From: Octopus vulgaris
Lineage: Eukaryota
Assembly: GCA_951406725.2 (NCBI GenBank)
Contig: OX597833.1
Location: 67,890,001 to 67,954,000 of the forward strand
Direction of reading: 5' to 3'
DNA length: 64,000 nucleotides
Position 1 is the first letter of the stretch. Every line of letters starts with the position of its first letter. Shown here in pieces: positions 58,301 to 64,000 of the stretch. A model generated the notes under the pieces. It was given only the letters and a program-made list of their open reading frames with translations, searched no databases and was not told the origin of the DNA. The position numbers and the translations under genes were made by a program.

Positions 58301-58326
58301 ATTGTCTATCTCTTTTCCTATATGTA

Positions 58327-58389
<63 letters not shown>

Positions 58390-58414
58390 ACACACACACA
58401 CACATATATATATA

Positions 58415-58639
58415 AGGCGAGCTGCTAGAAACGTTAGCACACCGGGCGAAATGCGTAGCCGTATTTCGTCTGCCGTTACGTTCTGGGTTCAAATTCCGCC
58501 GAAGTCGACTTTGCCATTCATCCTTTCGGGGTCGATAAAGTAAGTACCAGTTACGCACTGGGGTCGATTTAATCGACTTAATTCGTTTGTATGTCCTTGT
58601 TTGTCCCCTCTGTTTAGCCCCTTGTGGGTAATAAAGAAA
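58415..58639 (+). mobile_element. tRNA-derived SINE family A, full length, in (TA)n
   Basis: Head aggcgagctgctagaaacg, box B GGTTCAAATTCC, central gtcgactttgccattcatcctttcggggtcgata, tail gccccttgtgggtaataaagaaa. Flanked on both sides by acatatatatat. Confidence 0.9.
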
Positions 58640-58640
58640 C

Positions 58641-58673
<33 letters not shown>

Positions 58674-58690
58674 TATCGTCTATCTCTCTT

Positions 58691-58725
<35 letters not shown>

Positions 58726-58984
58726 TATCTCTTTTCCTATATATATATATATATTGTCTATCTCTCTTTCTATATATATATATATTGTCTATCTCTCTTC
58801 CTATATATATGTATATATATGTATATATATGTGTGTATGTATTTGTGTGTATTTTATATATATATATATATGTCTGTGTGTATATATATATATTTGTTTG
58901 TGTGTAAATATGTGTGTGTGTGTGTGTGTGTGTGTCATTTCTTGCACTTTCAAAACAGTAAATAGTTTCTGTTTTTGATTTGTC

Positions 58985-59031
58985 CACTTCGAATGTCTTT
59001 CGCCGGACTAAACAGACCTTGTCAGAAAGTG
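58985..59031 (-). ncRNA. Degenerate hammerhead relic
   Basis: cacuuu-CUGACAA-ggucuguuuaguccggc-GAAA-gacau-UC-gaagug. Stem I 6 bp. G8->A is consistent with CpG decay. Confidence 0.45.
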
Positions 59032-59272
59032 CGAGCTAAGAATCGTGACCTTCTGTTTTCTTCTTCTCCTTTCTCTACAGAGAGATTTGTTTTGTAGTTA
59101 TTTTACACTAACAAGAAACGGCAACCTTAATCTACAATGATCAACGCTGTCAGCTCAAATAAATACAGCGAACGAAGAGGGGTGGAAGTGCGGTCCTCTT
59201 AAATCTCGTTACGATTTACTTTAGTCAAATGTTGGCGAGATATATATGTGCTTGTGTGTGTATATATATATA

Positions 59273-59307
<35 letters not shown>

Positions 59308-59348
59308 TTGGCTTATCATTTCTCTATCTCTGCCAGTCTCCCTCTCGG

Positions 59349-59447
<99 letters not shown>

Positions 59448-60247
59448 TTGGGTTATCATTTCTCCATCTCTGTCTGCCCAGCCTCTTTCTCTCAATTATA
59501 TATACATACATACATACATATATACATATGTATGTGTGTGTGTGTGTAAGAGAAAGAGAACATACAATGGTGTGAAAGAATATAATGGTAAAGGAAAACG
59601 AACAAAAGTCTCAATAAGCTGGAGACAGTAAAAAATAATGTATATAAAACCAGAAAACCCAAGACACACTCACACACACACACTCATGTATGTAACAAAA
59701 TGGTTTGGGTCTAAGTTTTTATGTGGCACAACTAAAACAAAGCCGAGAATTTTATTTTTGCTTTCTAAATCAGAGACAAGACCACCCATACAGGAAGGCG
59801 AGTGGAAAAGTTTTATTTCTACGAAGCTCCAGTGATTTATTGGAGTTTGACTGTCATTTTTCCGAACTCATAAAACGGAGTTGGTATTGATGTAATTCGA
59901 ATTCTGACAAAGTAACATACAAAATAGAATTACAATCTGCAAAACATTTTATCCAGGGGTCTACTGTGTTTTCCGACATATAAATCTATATAATATACAG
60001 TGTAAATATTCAAATACTTTCAACATATTTTGAAAGCCTGTTAAATTTCATGTGGTTTGTTTGGTCCTTCAAATTTGTTTTGGTACTTAAGTCGAGTCGA
60101 CTTACCTTTTATTTGCCCTAAATGTTCGTCTAAAAAATTCGATTACTGTATCCGATAATACAGTACTGAGGTTTCTTATCTTCAAACCAACAAAAATATA
60201 TTTCTTATGAAGCCCATAACGGCAGCTTTTGCTGCAAAGAATTCATG

Positions 60248-60294
<47 letters not shown>

Positions 60295-60901
60295 GTGTTC
60301 ATATAATATAGAAGCACCATCATATGTATATATTACTTTAGATATATGCCTATGTACCAATATTCAAGAGTCTTTACTTCACATACTGCATAGAAAACAT
60401 GATTGTTTTCTAGTTTATCTCTTTATCGATGTCTCGCGGAAATTCTCTTACGGTTTGCTTGGTTCAATATTTGAAAGTCAAGTATTCTCACTTCCATAAT
60501 TTTACATTTTGCTCCCTGTATATACGATGCGGGAAGTATACACTTCCCGATAATGTGTCTGAGAAAGTTTAGAAATAATGAGGATGTATTTACGGAGTTT
60601 ATTAGCCAAAACAATTGTGAAATTTACCTTCAGCGACATGTATCTATAGTGACAGGATCAACACATTGCTTTACTTTTTTCATTAGATTTTTTGTTTTGT
60701 TTTTTGTTTTTGCCCTTCAGTTCTATGTCTTTATCTTTAGATTGTAAGCGCAGTTTTTAAATGATTAGCCCCATCCTTCTGATTCGCCATAAGAAAAATG
60801 TTCGTGTAAAAGCGTCTGCAGTAATCTCAGCTACTTATACGATAATACGGTTTGTCGAACAAATGAACGCACATCATTGAGACCGATGGCGAATCTATCG
60901 C

Positions 60902-60943
<42 letters not shown>

Positions 60944-61503
60944 GGAGATGCGTGTTTGTGTGTATGTCTACTCATCAATGTATGTATATATATACATACA
61001 TACATACATACATACACACACCGATGAGTATATATATATATGCTTCTGTATACTTATATAAATGTATTTGTATGCATGCAACGGTGTGTGCTTGTATTTA
61101 AGTAATTACATCTGCATATGTGTACATACATACATACATACATACATACATACGTATATACATATATATATACATATATATATACATACATACATACATA
61201 CATGTGTGTGTATATGCCTGTATGTATTTCTCAATTTACTTTGAGCTAAAGAAACAATTGCCTATTTTCTTGAAGCTGTTGTGAAGAATATCGATGTTTT
61301 ATAGGTAATGGCTGAATATTTGCTTAGCCGAGGAAAAGATGCGTTCTCCAAAAGACAAAGCAAAAGAAAATTGCGCTCCTATGAAGCGTAAAATTAAAAG
61401 ATGATGCGTATTCCAGAAAATCAAGGCAATTCCTAAGTGTAAGATATGGCTAATAAAACTGACGGTGATATACACCTGCCTAGAGACTAGTATACACAGG
61501 CAA

Positions 61504-61546
<43 letters not shown>

Positions 61547-61929
61547 TAACTATTGTGTATATACAGTATGTGTCTGTGTGTGAGTTTATATATTATATAT
61601 ATGATATATAGATATATAGAGGATATATATGTGTGTGAGTGTATTAGAATGAAGATAGAAATTTACAGGTACATATACTAAGAGACATGTGAAAGAGAGT
61701 GAGATCGATCGATCGATCGATAAATAGATAAGTTGATGAAAGTAAGATGTACGAACACGCGCGCATATACATGCATAGTATATGTATAATAAATTCTTGC
61801 AAAGTAGAATTGAAGATGTCTGTGACTTCGAAAGTATCCCATTATGAGCTGATACGTTGCTACACGTGATTTTTCCTCTCAATATATTCGTGCTGACCAA
61901 CTGTACGCCAATCTCATTCTATCGTTTAT

Positions 61930-62345
61930 GTTAGTTAGTTAGTTAGTTAGTTAGTTAATTTGGCTCAAAAGCAAATAGCAAGGCCATGTAGGGGGACATG
62001 GAGTTAAGTACAGGGTGGTGTTCATGTAAAGAGTTCAGGCCACTTGAGGTCCAGGGAGGCTTTGAACAAAGCGGTCGTCGGCATCTTCACCATCTCGTCT
62101 GGCAGCTTGTTCCACGGATCCGCAACCCGGACGGAGAAAGCTCCTCTCCTTCGATTGAGATGAAATCGTCGCAGGTAGAGCTTTTCGGAATGACCCCGCA
62201 GCCGACGCTCTGGAGCAGGAGTGAAGAACAGCTCTTTCGAGAGGTTACACTTTCCGCTTATGATGTTGTGGGCGAGAATGAGATCACCACGGCGGCGGCG
62301 TTTTTCAAGAGAATAAAGGTCGAGCGTCCTCAGCCTTTCTTCGTA
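61930..62345 (-). mobile_element. 3' fragment of a second CR1-like LINE family with (TAAC)n tail
   Basis: Minus-strand translation YEERLRTLDLYSLEKRRRRGDLI...RLRGHSEKL...FSVRVADPWNKLP...FKASLD...ELFT* (stop at 62022-62024). 3' UTR hairpin CCATGT/ACATGG at 61984-62001. (GTTA)n on the plus strand at 61930-61957. Confidence 0.9.
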
Positions 62346-62459
62346 AATTATATCAAGGATCGCACAGCCATCAGGCTATGATTTTTTTAGTACCGGGCGT
62401 ACGGAAAGGATACATTTAAAATTTTATTTCTATTTTAATGACAATCGCCATGTGCATTG

Positions 62460-62505
<46 letters not shown>

Positions 62506-62600
62506 ATACAAGAGTGTCTGGACAAACGAAAAAGGAAACTGGGAAACCGGCCCTTATGAGCCAGGCGTGGCAGGAGAAGGAACAAACGACAATTATGGGT

Positions 62601-63000
62601 TACTCTTTTACTTGTTTCAGTCATTTGACTGCGGCCATGCTGGAGCACCGCCTTTAATCGAGCAACTCGACCCCGGGACTTATTCTTTTGTAAGCCCAGT
62701 ACTTATTCTATCGGTCTCTTTTGCCGAACCGCTAAGTAACGGGGACATAAACACACCAGCATCGGTTGTCAAGCAATGCTAGGCGGACAAACACAGACAC
62801 ACAAACACACACATGCATATATATATATATATATATATATATACGACGGGCTTCTTTTCAGTTTCCGTCTATCAAATCCACTCACAAGGCTTTGGTCGGC
62901 CCGAGGCTATAGTAGAAGACACTTGCCCAAAGTGGCACGCAGTGGGACTGAACCCGGAACCATGTGACTGGTAAACAAGCTACTTACCACACAGCCACTC
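62601..63000 (-). mobile_element. SINE family B, full length
   Basis: Reverse-complement homologue of 12606-12964, with box B GGTTCAGTCCC intact. Confidence 0.9.
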
Positions 63001-63772
63001 TCTTAGAAAATACATATGATAGGATGGTTACATTTGGAAAGCATTTGATAACAAGTCTATTCAATGAGGTTCCACTTTGTTCAAGACACCACAACACGGA
63101 GAACTATGAAAACACTCTGAATATTTACTCGGAGAGCGTTTATTTTAAATTTATCGTATTTTCATTTCGTTGTTTGTTGTGTGGCTAATCGTAATAAATT
63201 TAGTTTTATCTGTGTCAGCAAATTTTATTAGAAAGGGGTTAAAACACCAAAAGCAAACTATCGCTTCATAAAATATTGAAGAATCGTGTCATAGAATCGT
63301 AAATTAAATTCGTAGGAATGTCAGTATGCTTGAATAAAATAATTTTCAAGTAATTAACAAAGCGAAATTTCGTTATTTTGTTTTTAAGAATTTGAATAAA
63401 ATGACAAAAAAAAAAAAAAACCCCCAAAAACAAAAAAGAAAACAGCAAGGCTGTGCAGTCGCAGCAATTTATGTTCCATGTTCAGCCCCATTAAACTCCA
63501 AAGTGAAAAAGTGTCTTCATTAGCCCCCGGCTCGACTGAGACCTTTGTAAGTGATTTTGTCTAAAAGAGACTTTGAGAAGGCCGTTGTGTAAGCATGTTT
63601 GTTTGTCTGTCTGTTTGTCTCTTGCATCTCCCACAACGCACCCACATCCTTATATCTATATGTGTGTGTGATCCACCGCTTGACAACGGTTGTTTGTTAA
63701 CATCCTAGTGATCGAGCGGTTCGGCAAAAGTAACTGATAGAATTAGTCGTGGCTTTAATATAAAGAGCTGAG

Positions 63773-64000
63773 AAGGCGGCGAGCTGGCAGAAACGTTAGC
63801 GCGCCGGGTGAAATGCGTAGCCGTATTTTGTCTGCCGTTTCGTTCTGAGCTCAAATTCCGCCGAGGTCGACTTTGCCTTTCATCCTTTCGGGGTCGATTA
63901 AATAAGTACCAGTTACGCACTGGTGTCGATATAATCGACTTGATCCGTTTGTCTGTCCTTGTTTGTCCCCTCTGTGTTTAGCCCCTTGTGGGTAATAAAG
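63773..64000 (+). mobile_element. SINE family A, reaching the window end
   Basis: Near identical to 58415-58639 and follows a decayed family B copy. Confidence 0.9.

Noticed and set aside
61998-62381. 127-aa plus-strand ORF
   Set aside because: Antisense shadow of the CR1 fragment on the minus strand.

Overview
AT-rich, microsatellite-dense eukaryotic non-coding DNA. The repeat landscape suggests an octopus/coleoid cephalopod intron or intergenic region (inference). No host protein-coding exon can be firmly supported, and nearly all listed ORFs are microsatellite or antisense artefacts. The only long real ORF is an uninterrupted, 5'-truncated CR1-type LINE ORF2 (APE endonuclease + RT, ~55402-58221) inserted in a (TA)n tract. 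Also present are 3' fragments of a second CR1 family and of RTE LINEs, a BovB-like fragment nested cleanly in a decayed Dong/R4-like LINE, ~25 tRNA-derived SINE copies from several modular families, two non-autonomous Helitrons with shared termini, and a ~320-bp fold-back element. The most interesting signal is a dispersed set of minimal type I hammerhead ribozyme (HHR) motifs of the Penelope/retrozyme kind in mutually dissimilar short repeats. Three have complete cores: 24400-24446 (-), 52303-52393 (+), and 54482-54532 (-), which has a compensatory G3-C8 core swap. Several decayed relics are also present. All folds were worked out by eye and are untested.
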